Shown: positions 47,790-59,750 of the stretch, piece after piece
How the letters are laid out: each line of letters opens with the position of its first letter
How positions within the stretch are numbered: the first letter of the stretch is position 1
From: the human T2T-CHM13v2.0 reference genome, Homo sapiens
Direction: 5' to 3' (one strand)
DNA: 64,000 nt
Assembly: GCF_009914755.1 (NCBI RefSeq)
Contig: NC_060925.1
Position numbers and translations under genes: made by a program
Notes under the pieces: model-generated
Seen by the model: the letters and a program-made list of their open reading frames with translations, nothing else
Told to the model about the DNA's origin: nothing
Database searches by the model: none

Positions 47790-48835
47790 GGTCATCCATG
47801 TATCCACCCATCCATCAATATTCTCATTCATCCATCCATCCACCCATCCACCACTCTTCCCATCCATCCACCCATCCATCCATCCATCCATCCATCCATC
47901 CATCCATCTTCCCATCCATCCATCCATCCACACACTCATCTTTTCAGTCATCCATCTCTCTACCAACCCATCTATTTTTCTATCTACTCACAATTCATTC
48001 ATCCATTCACCCATCCATGCATTCATCTATCTATTCATCCTACCATTCATCCGTGCATCCATCCATCCACCCACTATACACCTACATCTGTCCTACTGTC
48101 TATCCAACCATCCATCCATCCATCCATCCATCCATCCATCCACTCTTCCATGTATCCACCCAATTACCAATCAGTCTTTCCAACCACTCATCAATCTTTC
48201 TATTCCCCGTCCATCTATTCACTCACCCACATACTCGTCTTTCCGTCTATCCATTTATCTATCCACCTACCCATTCATCACAATTCATCCATCCATCCTA
48301 CCATCCCTCTACTCATCTATTCATCCAAATCCATCCATACTACCATCTACTACTCATCCATCCATCCATCCACTCATCCGTCCATCCACCCACCATCCAT
48401 CCATCTTACTACTATTCATCTATCCATCCATCCATCCATCCACTCATCCATCCTTCCACCCACCATCCATCCATCTTACAACTACTACTCTTCTATCCAT
48501 CCACCCATCCATCCATCCATCCACTCATCCATCCATCCACCCACCATCCATCCATCTTACCATCTACTACTCATCTATCCATCCATCCATCCATCCACCC
48601 ACCATCCATCCATCTTACCATCTGCTACTCACCTATCCACCCATTCATTCACTCATCCATCCACCCACCACCATCCATCTTACAAAATACTACTCATCTA
48701 TTCATCCATCCATCCATCCATCCACTCATCCATCCATCCAACCACCATCCATCCTTCTTATCATCTACTACTCATCTATCCATCCATTCATCCATTCATT
48801 CATCCACCCACCCACCCATCTTTCCACACATTCAT
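47790..48835. repeat. About 1-kb degenerate (TCCA)n tract
   Basis: catc/tcca repeats with recurring tcttac/tactac interruptions. Confidence 0.95.
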
Positions 48836-49085
48836 TCAATGACTATTTCCCAAGTGGCCATTTGCTAAGTACTCTGTCTGTTCAGAGATATGGTGGTGAA
48901 CAGACAAGTCTGTGCCTTTGTGGAGTCTACCGTCTTGTGGGAACAGGGAAAGCTTAATCTATCATTACAAACCATGAGGGAAAAAGTCAAGAAAATAAGT
49001 TGTCCTGGAGGTTGCAATGGGAAGAGGACTTTCTGAGAGGGGGAAGTTAAGCCAAGACCTGTAGTTGACAAGTAAAATGACATTT
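48830..49085 (-). mobile_element. L2 3' fragment (a second short piece lies near 47715-47795)
   Basis: cattcattcaa...atttgctaagtact...gagatatggtggtgaacagacaag...tgcctttgtggagtctaccgtct. Confidence 0.65.
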
Positions 49086-49306
49086 GAAGGGTGAAACTCC
49101 CAAGGCTGGACTAAGCTTGCCCCTGGGGTTGGGGCCTTGGAAAGGGCCACAGCCAGGATGGGCCCTGGAAAGCAGAGTGGAGTCTCATGTTCACAACACA
49201 TCATGATAGTGCCTTGTGCTCGAAGTCTCCATGGAAGGACAGACCCAGCACCTCCAGGGAGTGCAGGGTGTTGGGAGATGCTCCTTGGGAGATTTTATGG
49301 ATCGTC

Positions 49307-49747
49307 TGTGCTGGGTGGAACAGGGCACCTCAAGATTCATGTCCACTGGAGCCTGCGAATGTGACCTTATTTGGAAATTGCGTCTTTGTTGATGTGATCA
49401 AGTGAAGATGAGGTCACACTGGATGAGGGTGGATCCCAAACCTAATGACTGGTGTCCTTAAAAGAAGAGGAAAATTCAGACACACAGAGGAGACACAGAG
49501 GAGAGGCTCTGTGAAGAGGAGGCAGAAATTGGAGCCATGCGTCTACAAGTCAAGCATTGCTGGAGCCACAGAAGCTGGAAGAGGAGAAGCGTCCTCCCCT
49601 AAGGGCTCTGGAGGGACCACAGCCCTGCTCACACCTTGGTTGTGTACTTTTGGCCTCCAGAACTGTGAAAGAATAAAATTCTATTGTGTGGAGAAGTTTA
49701 GCGCTCCATTTATGCTAACTGTTAGGGTAGCCCAGGAGGCCAGCACT
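49307..49747 (+). mobile_element. MLT1B-type solo LTR, near full length
   Basis: gattcatgtccactggagcctgcgaatgtgaccttatttggaaat...atgactggtgtccttaaaagaagagg...ggcctccagaactgtgaaagaataaa. Confidence 0.9.
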
Positions 49748-50044
49748 TCACCCCCAGCTGGGCCCACCTCTCTGTCTCGCAGCCGCAGGGCTCCTGGCTG
49801 GCACGATCCTTGCTGCATGCCCAGGACACAGCAGCTTCAGGGCAAGGCTGGCATTTTCGTTCACTGCCCATCCCACCTTAGGCCTGAACCACAGCTCTGT
49901 GGGGGAGCCCGGCACCTGACCTGGCACGCACAGTAGTCACTTTAGAATGTACAGCTGGTTACTTCATTTTTTGCAAAACAACCATGGCTCTCCCTCCAGC
50001 CCATTATCCATCTTGAGCCCTGTGGCTTCCACTCTCACAGCTCA

Positions 50045-50128
50045 CAGCCAGGGAGGCCTCCAAGCCGGCCGCCACGCGTTCTGACCCAGCCAGGGAGGTC
50101 TCCAAGCTGGCTGCCACGCGTCCTGACC
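50045..50128. repeat. 42-bp tandem duplication
   Basis: cagccagggaggYctccaagcYggcYgccacgcgtYctgacc at 50045 and 50087. Confidence 0.88.
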
Positions 50129-51125
50129 AGCTGGTGCAGCCCTGATGAGGGTGGGGTCTCCTTTATCGCCTATAAAAATGAGAAATCTCTAAACAAAGAA
50201 ACTCCACCCACTTTGTAGCTGAGACTTGGGTAGAATTCAGTTTCCCACTCAATGGGAAATGATTTATAAGAGCTGTGGAGGCCAAAGAGGTTGGCCTGGA
50301 AAGCAGGCTAGACAAAATAATTTATCAGAAAATTCCCAGTGACCGTCTGTAATGGTTAGAATGCAGCGTGGTGAGGGCCTTTCCCAGCCGGGTCAGGCAC
50401 TGGGGAGTTGGGGGGTGGGGTGCTGCCTTGGCAGCCGGTGCCTGGTCGTGGCTGGGTTCAGAGCCGAGCGGATGGGCAGACACACTGTGTCATTGTCACA
50501 GAGGTGCTGCTGCCTCTGCCGCCCAGAAGCATCTTCCCTGGGAGGACCTGGCGCTCCCAACCAAACACGTTCTGGGTGAAATTGGAGCTCATTGGTCCCA
50601 CTTCTCAGGGCCCAGTGTACCGTGGGCTCTGGGAGGCAAGGAGCCCTGGAGGACGGTGAGAAGAATGCTGAGTTAACAAACCAAGCAAGTGGCCTTCCTC
50701 GTGGGGAGCCAGGGAAGCCTTGAGTGGCGCTTGGGGCAAGTCCAGCTGTATCCATGGGGCAGCGGGGCCCTCGGGTGCTGGACGCCCAGGGAGCCCCAGC
50801 CTCTCCCACCCAGGCTGTAACAGACACATGGCACGGGGGCTCGCACCATGCTCCCCAAGCGGTCGCACCCCCCACCAGCCGAGTGACTGAGGCTGGAGCA
50901 CGGGACCTGCGTCCGGCCAGCGGCTGCACAGGGTGACTGTCTCTGGATATGGGAGCTGCAGCCTTGTTCTCGGGCCCTGTGCACTGACCCAGGGCATGGT
51001 CAGCTCAGTCTCCTGCCCCCTCCTGCCTAAAAGGAGCCCAGACATCCACTGAACTCAGTGGAAGAGCAAGGTCAAGTTACAGAGCCTCCCGAGAGTCCAG
51101 CCTGCTCTCCCATTTCGGGTGAAAG

Positions 51126-51262
51126 CAGTCCCAGCTACTCGGGAGGCTGAGGTGGGAGGATCACCTGAGCCTGGGGAGGTGGAGGCTGCAGTGAGCTGTG
51201 ACTGTGTCACTGCACTCCAGCATGGAGGATGAAGTGAAATCTTGTCTCAAAAAATAAAAAAA
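51126..51262 (+). mobile_element. Alu right monomer (FRAM or 5'-truncated AluJ)
   Basis: agtcccagctactcgggaggctgaggtgggaggatcacctgagcctggg...gtctcaaaaaataaaaaa. Confidence 0.88.
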
Positions 51263-54200
51263 GCTCAGTTCGGTTGAGTGCGGTTGGGTTTGAGCAGCCT
51301 GAAATCCCCAGAATCGGTGATTCCCTGAGCAGGGAGTGGCACAAGGTGAAGCATCCCTGGCCTTGGACGCATCAACACTGCATGGGGCGAGTGGACACTG
51401 GCCACACCCGTGGCACCCATGCAGGGCTGGTGGACACAGGAGGCTCCCAAACCCATGCTGCTACTGTTTCCAGGGCGGTGTGCCCACCTCATCACCGGAG
51501 TCAGTGAATATATCACTCGGGTCACACTCTGTCCTCTGAAATGAATGCTGATTTGGAAACCACTCCCCCAATAAGACGGGTGAAAGTTTCCATTTGGAAA
51601 AGAGGTTTTTTGTTTTTTTTTCTTGGCAGGAGCCACTTTCTCTGAGCACGAAGAGATGGCCGTGTGGTTCTTATCTTTGAACCCCATGTACTTAACGCTT
51701 ATTAAAATCAATACCATCCATTAGCCAGCAACATTTCCATGTTTAATCATCTATTGATATACGGCCTGTGCTTTTATAGGACTAAACAAATTTCCGCTCT
51801 CTGTGCCCCTCTGCAGCCTGGGGGCCGGCGGGTGCGCGGCTGCGGGACGTAAATGTTTATTTACTGCCTGCTTCCTGATTGAGAACATACCTGGTCCGTG
51901 GCTTCAGATGGCTTTTACACGGGGGACTTACGGCCACTTCCTGTTCTCCAGACACACAACACTGTTTTTAAGGAGCGTAATGAATGCACGGTATTGTGGA
52001 CGCAATCGCCGCCCTGGCCCAGCCCGAGCGAGGGCAGAGCCGGATCGCAGGGCTTGTTATTGACTTATTCATGGGCTGTTCTGGGGGGCAGGGTGCGCTT
52101 GGCCCAGCTGCGGAGCTGCCGACTCCTCTCTGCTGCACTCTCCCAGGCCTCGCCAGGCCCCAGTCTCGTGAGCGTTCATCTGGGAAAGCAGGGCAGGACC
52201 GAAGTGACCTCAGAGAAGCTGTGGGTGCCCCTTCTGCCTGCGTGTCCATGTTCCCGAGGCCCACCAGCCTCCTGCCTCCTTTCCACTCCCCTTCCCCTCC
52301 CCTGGGCTGTGGCTGTGATTCCTTTGAGCTGCTTTGCTGATCAAGGGGGCAGAGCCGCAACTGTTTACAGACAGAGCTTTAGAGCCCTGCACAGGGCTGG
52401 GTATGGGGAGCCTGAGACCACCCCTCTCTGCCCCTCCCAGGCATGGTGAAGAAGGGGCTCACGGGACCCTGCGGTCTGGGTGGCACCTGGGGAGGCTGCT
52501 GCGGTCCTGGCCTAGGGTGGCCGGTCTGGATGGATGGAGGAAGGTCTGTGGCTAGGGCCTGAGAACCAGAGGGACAGAGCCTCCCCAGCCACCAGTGCCT
52601 GCTTCACCCTGGGCCTTCCAGCTGCAAATCTTGCTTATCCGGAAGTTTCCTCTGGGGGGACTAGTTCCTGCCTTCCTCATCTTATACACACCATATCTGC
52701 TGGGAGAGTGTCCCTGGCAGGGCCAAGCAGGGACTCAGATGGCCGGGAAGGTTGCTTGGGGCTGGGGACTCAGCAGACACCTTGGGGAGGGGTGTGTGCC
52801 TCTCCAGAGTCCTGTGTCTCAACTTCAGAGAGAGCCACTCTTCCTGTGGGACACCTGGGCCTGGGCCTGGGCCTGGCCTGACGGGTCCCTTGACCGTAGG
52901 TGGTGCAACCCAGGTGACCCAGGCTGACTCCTGGGGCAGGGCTGTTGTCCCCTCAGCCACACTCACCATTAGGGGCTCAAGGCACCGAGCTGGGGGGAGT
53001 CCCAGGCCACAGCCAAGACACGGTTCCAAAGACTCTCAGGAATTTGGGGTGTCCCAGGGGCCTCCTGGGGGTGGGAGTGGAGTGAGGCACGGGATGGCCG
53101 TTTCGCGCCAACAGAATCGGCTTCGTCTCTGCCTTTTCTACTTTGGTTTAGTGGTTTAGTGGTTTGTGGGGAAAGAGCCCCGCTGCTAACATAAGGTGAA
53201 AGGCATCTGTCTGCCAAAATGAGGAATCCGAGGCCCAGAAAGAGGAGGCCCTGGCTGAGCTCGGTCGCCACAGCGGTGTGAACAGGTGCCCTGACTTTCA
53301 GTGCCTGGTGCCAGGCCCCCGCCCTCTGGCTGAGGGTGTCAGGGAGGGGCTCCGGCTGCAGAGACAGCCGTTATAATAGACGCCTCTCTGTGCACTGGGA
53401 TGGCGGACTGGCCTGCCGGCGCACCACCGGCCACCCAGCGCAGGACACCAGGCCCTGTGAGCAGCAGCTGCTGTGGCCGTGGGTTAGACATGCGTCTGTG
53501 ATCGGTGGCTTCATAAAACGCCTTCTAATGAAAGTAACACACAGCACAGGAGGGCGGCCCTGGGCGCGGGGCTGCGTCCCCGAGAAATGCTTGTTACTGT
53601 GGAATGAGGGACAGAGCAAATCCCCTGAATCGGGCAGAGCTGTCGTTAAATCCCTTAATGACGGCGGTGTTTTCTCTGGTGCGCCGAACAGTTCCTTATA
53701 AACCCCTTTGGCGTGGGAGGGGGGGTGATGGGGATGAGGGCAGGACAGAGCGGGGGCATCTGCAAATGGCCTTTCTGGGGGCTGAGACCTGGGGGCCCAC
53801 TTTACCCTTCCCTGTCCTTGGCCCCTTCTCTGCAGTGGCTGGGCGGGCACCTGTGTTCTCCTGCCTGGAGTCTGGGCAGAAACGGGGCTGGCAGAGACGC
53901 AGCCTGCAGTCTTCAGACTGACCCTGTGGCCGGCCATTGGGTGACCTGGCCAAAGCGTGCTGAGCACTCGCCCTGTGCTGGGCGTGGGGCATGGGCCCGG
54001 GGACAATCCAGAGCCTCCTCTGGTGGCCCTCAACAGATGTCCATGGGGCTCAGTGTGAGGAAGGCTCAGAAAATACTCGAGGGCTGATAACAGCCGGGCC
54101 CTGGGTGGACATGGCTCCAATGCCCCACTTGGGAAGGGCTCGCCTGGAGTTTGGAGATCCAGTCTCTCCTGGGGCGTGGAGATCCAGTCTCATGGGCAGC

Positions 54201-57200
54201 GGCCTCACCACGTTGTGGCCACACACCCAGCCGGTGATTCCCAGCCCTCCTCCCAGGACTTTGGCCCTTCCCATCTGAGGACCCGAGCCTTGATGGTCAG
54301 GGGCACTGGGTCCCTGAGGCCTGTGCCCCCCCACCCTCATGGGGGCCTGGTCTCAGTGGCATTTTGGTTTTAGGGGCTTTGGCGAGTGGGAGACAGGAGG
54401 GTCCACGGCCAGGCTTTTGGCTTGGGAGCCAGAAGGCCGCGGCACCCAGAGGGTGACCTCAGGTGGACATGGCCTTCTCGACTCCCAGCATCCTTTCCTT
54501 TTCCTGAGACAGGCCCGGTGGCCCTCTGAGCAGGCACCCCTCTCTGTCCCCAGCCCCTCCTGTGGGGGCAGCTGACCCCACCCCCACCTCTGAGGCAGAG
54601 ACCTGGACCAGGCGGAAGGGATGGTCCCTGTGGTTCCCCGGCTGGCCAACGAGATCCGTCAGGCCTTTTGATGCCTTTTGAGGCCTGAATCCTGGCAGGA
54701 GGTCGGGGCTGAGGCCAGCCACCTTCTTGCTATCATTGGAGCTGAGATGGAAGCCAAGACAGCAAAGGAGGAGGGGAGAGCAGCGGCCCCTCATGGCTTC
54801 CTGGAGTCCTAGGGCATCCATCCATGCCCTGCCTCCTCCCCGCCTGGGTACACTGGCACAGACTAGCTTAAGACAGTTTGGGTTGGAGTTTCTGTCACTT
54901 GCGATCCCCACAGTCCTAGCAGGTGCACTGTCTGAGCCTCAGCTCCCACCTTTCACGCTTGGGGAAGAGGCCTTTCCTGGATGGGCACCACCAAGGGATG
55001 GGCCGGCCTAGTGCAGGTCTGGCACTGTCCCTGGGGTGGACAAGCCCTGCTGACACTGGCCCCCTGGGGGCTGGGCTGAGGCTGCCCCTGAGAAGGAGCC
55101 TCCCGAGCACTGGAGCCCCAGGCCGTCCCTGGGCCCTGGCGGTTCAGGTGTTGACTGGTTCTGTCCGGGGGTAGCCCTGGCCTTGCCGGGAGGCAGCGAG
55201 GCCACAGCTTAGGGGTTGAGCGAGGCGTCCAGGGCTGAATCCTGGATGGGCTGGACACCAGCACCCAGCCCTCCCACCGCAAAGTGGTGGCTGACTTGAC
55301 CTTGGAGGGTGGCAGCCACCTGCCAGGGCCCAGGAAGGTGCTGCCCACGGGGAGCCCTCCTCCTTCTCTGGCGGGGGGGGGTGGGTGTTGGGGGTCTCTG
55401 GCTACTGAAGTCCTTGTTTTTCACACCTGTGTGGTGGATCCCCCAGCACAGGGGACCAGGGCTCCTCCAGGGTCCAGGTGGTGGCTTGGCCTTGCTCCCA
55501 TCCTCCTGAATGGACCTGGGGCTGAGGGCTTTGGGGGCTGGGAAAGAAGAGTAATTCATGCCCCAGGCCCAAGGGCGAGCACAGCCACACAGGGTACGCT
55601 GGATGGCAGGACTCCATGCTGGGGGTTCAGGATGGAGAGGATGCACCTGGCCAGCATTGTAGCCCCTTCATCCTCCCCTCAGCCCTGGCCCCCACTGCAC
55701 CGCCACAGGCTCCTGCCCACATGGGTCCCCCTCAGAAGTCCCCGTCAGCATCTTATCCTTTGGAAGCCTGGAAATTAAGGCTGCCCGCAAAGCCCCAGGG
55801 TCCCAGGCTCGCTGGGCCCCAAGAGACTCGGGGTCTGGGACCGACATTCATAGGAAGCCAGATGGGAGGGGGTTCGACCGGGCCGCGGACTTCCCTGGGG
55901 CTGAGCATGCCAGATACCTGCTCGGCCGGGTGGGGGCTGGGGTCTTGGGTTCCCGGGGCTCCCACCCATGCTACGGGCTCAGCACACACTTCACTGCTGC
56001 CGTCCCACACAGGAGCTCCAGGCTCGGATCAACCCAGCAGCAGGAAAGTCTTCTTCAACAGGGGCCAAGGCAGGATCCCCAAGGAGGCCACCTTCCAGAA
56101 ACTGCTAAGGAACGAGGTCCGGGGGCCCCAAGCCCTGACTGGCACAGTCAGAGGAAAGTCAGGGCGGAGCTCAGCCCCCGTCCCCTCCCCTCGAGAGCGG
56201 GCCTGAGCCCCTGTCTCTCCATGCCCCCGTTTCCTTGCCCGTAGAGTGGCAGTGAGGAGTAAGTGACTTCATCCCTGTGGGCAGAACGGGTTGGATGCGT
56301 TGAGCCCTTGCAATGCAGATGCCCCTGTTGAGGAGGGGCTTATATGGCATCCCCATCCACCATCCTTCCAGAAAGATCAACTCAGGCCGTGTCTCAGCAC
56401 CTGACACCCCAAAGGGCCTCTCAGTAGGTTCTGGGGTCCTCCCCTACCCTGCAGGAGAAGGGGCCCCCTTGGGAGGACCCTGGTCAGCACGGTGGAGGGC
56501 TCAGGACACAGTGTCCTGGGGGACTGATGGCAGCTGGGGAACCTGTGTTCAAGGAGGCGTCCTTTGTCCATCTACAGCGGGGTCATCTCAACATGAGTGG
56601 TCCCTGGGCAGAGCTGGGGTGCCCAGCCCTCGTGGGAGCTGCCCCTGCTGGCCAGCCTGCCTTAAGCACTCACCCACCTTGGCCATCTCTGGTGACCCCC
56701 TTCCTACATGTGTCCCCCAGACCCTGCCGGAGGATGAGGCTGTGCTGGGGCAGAGGGAGGAGGGAGAAAGGGGAGCCCCAGCCTGGCCGCAGGCACAGCT
56801 CTTGGCGGGACGCCCCGGCCCAGGGCAGTGGTTCAGCAGGCAATCTAGGGCCCAGGTGTGGATATTTTTAATAGTCTGTGACCTGCCATCCACTCTTGGC
56901 TGGGTGTTAATGGCCAAATGTTTTGCAAGTAAATTACCAGAAAGAATTATTCCTGAGAGGCAGACATTTGGGGGAAGGTGTTAGAAAAATGGACAACTGG
57001 CAAACGCTGCTCTCCATCCCGCCATCCTTCCCAGGCACAGAGGGCCAGGCGGGCCTTGGGCCAGGCAGGCTGGCTTCTGAGGCTCTGGCAGGAAGAAGCT
57101 GGGCAGAAAGGGTGGTGGCCCCCCAAACCTCCCGGCCACAGAAGCCACTTCCTCGGAGGGAGGGCCAGAGCAGCACAGATGCCAGAGCTCCTGGAGCTCC

Positions 57201-57499
57201 TCCTGCAGCCGGTGCTGGACAGAAAGGATCCTCTCCGTCCCCCTTGGAGGGTGGTCCGGTCACAGCCAGGGCAGGGGATGGGCTCTGGACTGCCTGTCTT
57301 GCCCCGTGGAGGCAGCCCTCTCCCGCAGAGTGAACTGGAACTCCCACTTGGGAATTGGCTAGAGGAGAGCTGTCTGTCCTTTCCCCACTGGAGAAGGGCT
57401 AGAGCTGCAGGGGCTGCCCAGATGAGGCCCCCAGAATCCTGGAGGCAGAAGCCAGCAGGATGAGGGGGTGCCCTGGATCTGTGCCTTCTCCAGGTGGAC

Positions 57500-57620
57500 G
57501 GTCCAGGCTGGTCTGTGTTCTAGCCAGCCCAGGGCACGTACTGCCTGGAGGATGAGGGATGGTCCAGGCTCATCTGTGTTCCAGCCAGCCCAGGGTACAC
57601 GCTGCCTGGAGGATGAGGGT
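57500..57620. repeat. 61-bp tandem duplication
   Basis: ggtccaggct...ctgcctggaggatgaggg at 57500 and 57561. Confidence 0.88.
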
Positions 57621-57867
57621 GGCAGTCCTGGGACAGGGCATTCTTCCCTCCACCCATGGCACAGGAGGCATCCCCAGGGAGAGGAGAGCTGGCCTGTGGG
57701 CCACCTTACCAACCCTCTCCTGGCCAGGAGAGCCAAGGGACATCACCTGGAATGACTGGCTCTCCGAGGGCCAGGTGGCCACCCTGACCTTGGAGGTGGT
57801 CAGCAAAGCTTTGACCTTGGCCAGAAAGGAGGACACTGGCAGAGTCCTGGGTTGGGGAAGGCCAGGA

Positions 57868-58053
57868 TGCATCACACTTACCTGGTGGATGAGTCACACT
57901 CACCTGGGGGACGCGTCACACTCACCTGGGGGACGCGTCACACTCACCTGGGGGACGCGTCACACTCACCTGGGGGAAGCGTCACACTCACCTGGGTGGA
58001 TGCGTCACACTCACCTGAGGGACGCCTCACACTCACCTGGGGGACGCTCACAC
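57868..58053. repeat. 22-bp minisatellite, 8 copies
   Basis: Unit GCGTCACACTCACCTGGGGGAC. Confidence 0.95.
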
Positions 58054-58574
58054 AGAGACTCCTGGATGGGCCCAGCACCAAGTTGGGCAGACTCTGGGGA
58101 CCGCGACCTTGGGGACTGGCTGGGTGGGTGGACTTTGGGAGCTGCCCCAAAATGCCACCTAGAACGTGGAAATGGCCCTGAGAAAGCTGCACAGGGAACC
58201 CCTCCCTGGCGGCCCCTTCTCCACCCGCCTGCCTCCATTCCTGGCAGCCCCAGTCCCTCCTCGACTTTCTACCCCAGCCTCGGATGCCTGGAGAGTGGCA
58301 TGGCCAGCATTAGTGTTTCCTGCCACTGCTCAGAGATGGGCCCCAGCAGCTCCACACTCTGAGTCTCCACGCAGTGGCCGACTGGCAGCCCTCATGTTGC
58401 TCCTCGGAGCTGGAGACCAGGCGCAAAGGCCAGGACGTGCTGTGAACCCAAATCCAGAGACAGACGGCCCTGGGACCACAGAGGGGGCACAGACTGGGGC
58501 CTGCAGATTCCTTGGGACACCTGGAAATTAAGGCTGCCCACAAAACCCCAGGGCCTCAGGCTCGCTGGGGTCCG

Positions 58575-58715
58575 AGTTCCTGACCAGCGTTGGGCCCTCA
58601 GCAAGTTCCTCAACCTCATTAAACCTTGTTCCCATCTGTGAAATGGGGAAAGTGCCCACCTTGGAGGTTATGTGAACAACAAATGAAATACAGTTAAAAT
58701 GCCTAGCCAGGCACT
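58575..58715 (+). mobile_element. MIR fragment
   Basis: gcaagttcctcaacctc...cccatctgtgaaatgggga...ggttatgtgaac...aaatgaaata...tgcctagc. Confidence 0.7.
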
Positions 58716-59566
58716 ACACATAAAGCCAGGTGTCAGTCCCCCTGGGGATGCCCCCCATGTCCAGGTCCCAGAGGCCACCCCCACCCCCGACGCCGGGCCA
58801 GGGCTCAACAGACACCTGGACGCCAGGCCCCTCCTGGAGACCCTCGCATCCTAGCCTAGGCCTGGACAGTGAGCGTTCCTGCTGCACCTGGAGATCGCCT
58901 CGCGGGGGAAGACTGCTCCTGGCTGTCACACGGGAAGACTGTGGCCCTGCGAGGAGGTGCGCCCTAAGGAGGGGTCTGGGCACTTGGACGGGGAGGGCAC
59001 AGGATGGACAGGCCAGCTGGTGAGACCCAAGGCCGCTCTCCACCCCTCGCCCTCCGCCTGCAGACTCGGCTCTGCGTCTTTAAGACACTAATGGGCCCTC
59101 TTAAAAAAATGACAGTCTGCCTGCACACTCACAGGTTCTCGTCTGACATCAGCAGGGAATCAAAGATATTTTATTATTTGGAAACTCCATATAGGGAAAG
59201 CAACCTTGAAAATCTGTCATTGCTCCAAAACCCACACCTCCCCTGGGAGTTAATTATTTTCTTAAAATGCAACTTGTACTGTTAGTTTAAAACATTCCAA
59301 CTGTGTTCACACTCTTTAAATCTTCAGTAAACCTTGGAGTTTAAATCACTTGCAGATAAGAGTAATTCTATTAGGGAGAGAGGGGAGTGAGCACTCAATG
59401 GAGGTGAAATAGAATGGAATAAAAAGGCCATTGATTGTGGGCTCTCGGGCACCTCGGTCCATGCCCTCTGAATGTGTCAGCCACACAATGAGATCTGGCA
59501 GGGTCCGGTCATGGTGCCCAGCAGGGCTGCCCACCCAGCTCTTAGGAGGCTGGATACAGGACCTGG

Positions 59567-59742
59567 CTGTCCGCCTGGGGCCTGGTGTCCACCTGGGTGC
59601 TGGTGTCTGCCTGGGGCTGGTGTCTCTACCTGGGGCCTGATGTCTACCTGGGGCCTAATGTCCACCTGGGCCCTGGCGTCCACCTGGGACTGGTGTCTAC
59701 CTGGGGTCTGCTGTCCACCTGGATCCTGGTGTCCACCTGGGG
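59567..59742. repeat. Degenerate 17-18-bp repeat (tgtccacctggggcctgg), about 10 copies
   Basis: Recurring tgtc(c/t)acctgg. Confidence 0.85.
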
Positions 59743-59750
59743 CCAGCGTG

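Noticed and set aside
47614-48957. 447-aa HPSI-rich ORF
   Set aside because: It is a translation of (TCCA)n.
11066-53335. CTCF-like motifs (about 11066, 29708, 45650 and 53320) and CTCF/PRDM9-like cores in the 42- and 49-bp VNTRs
   Set aside because: Each misses key consensus positions, and such partial matches are expected by chance in GC-rich DNA; a PWM scan and ChIP data are needed.
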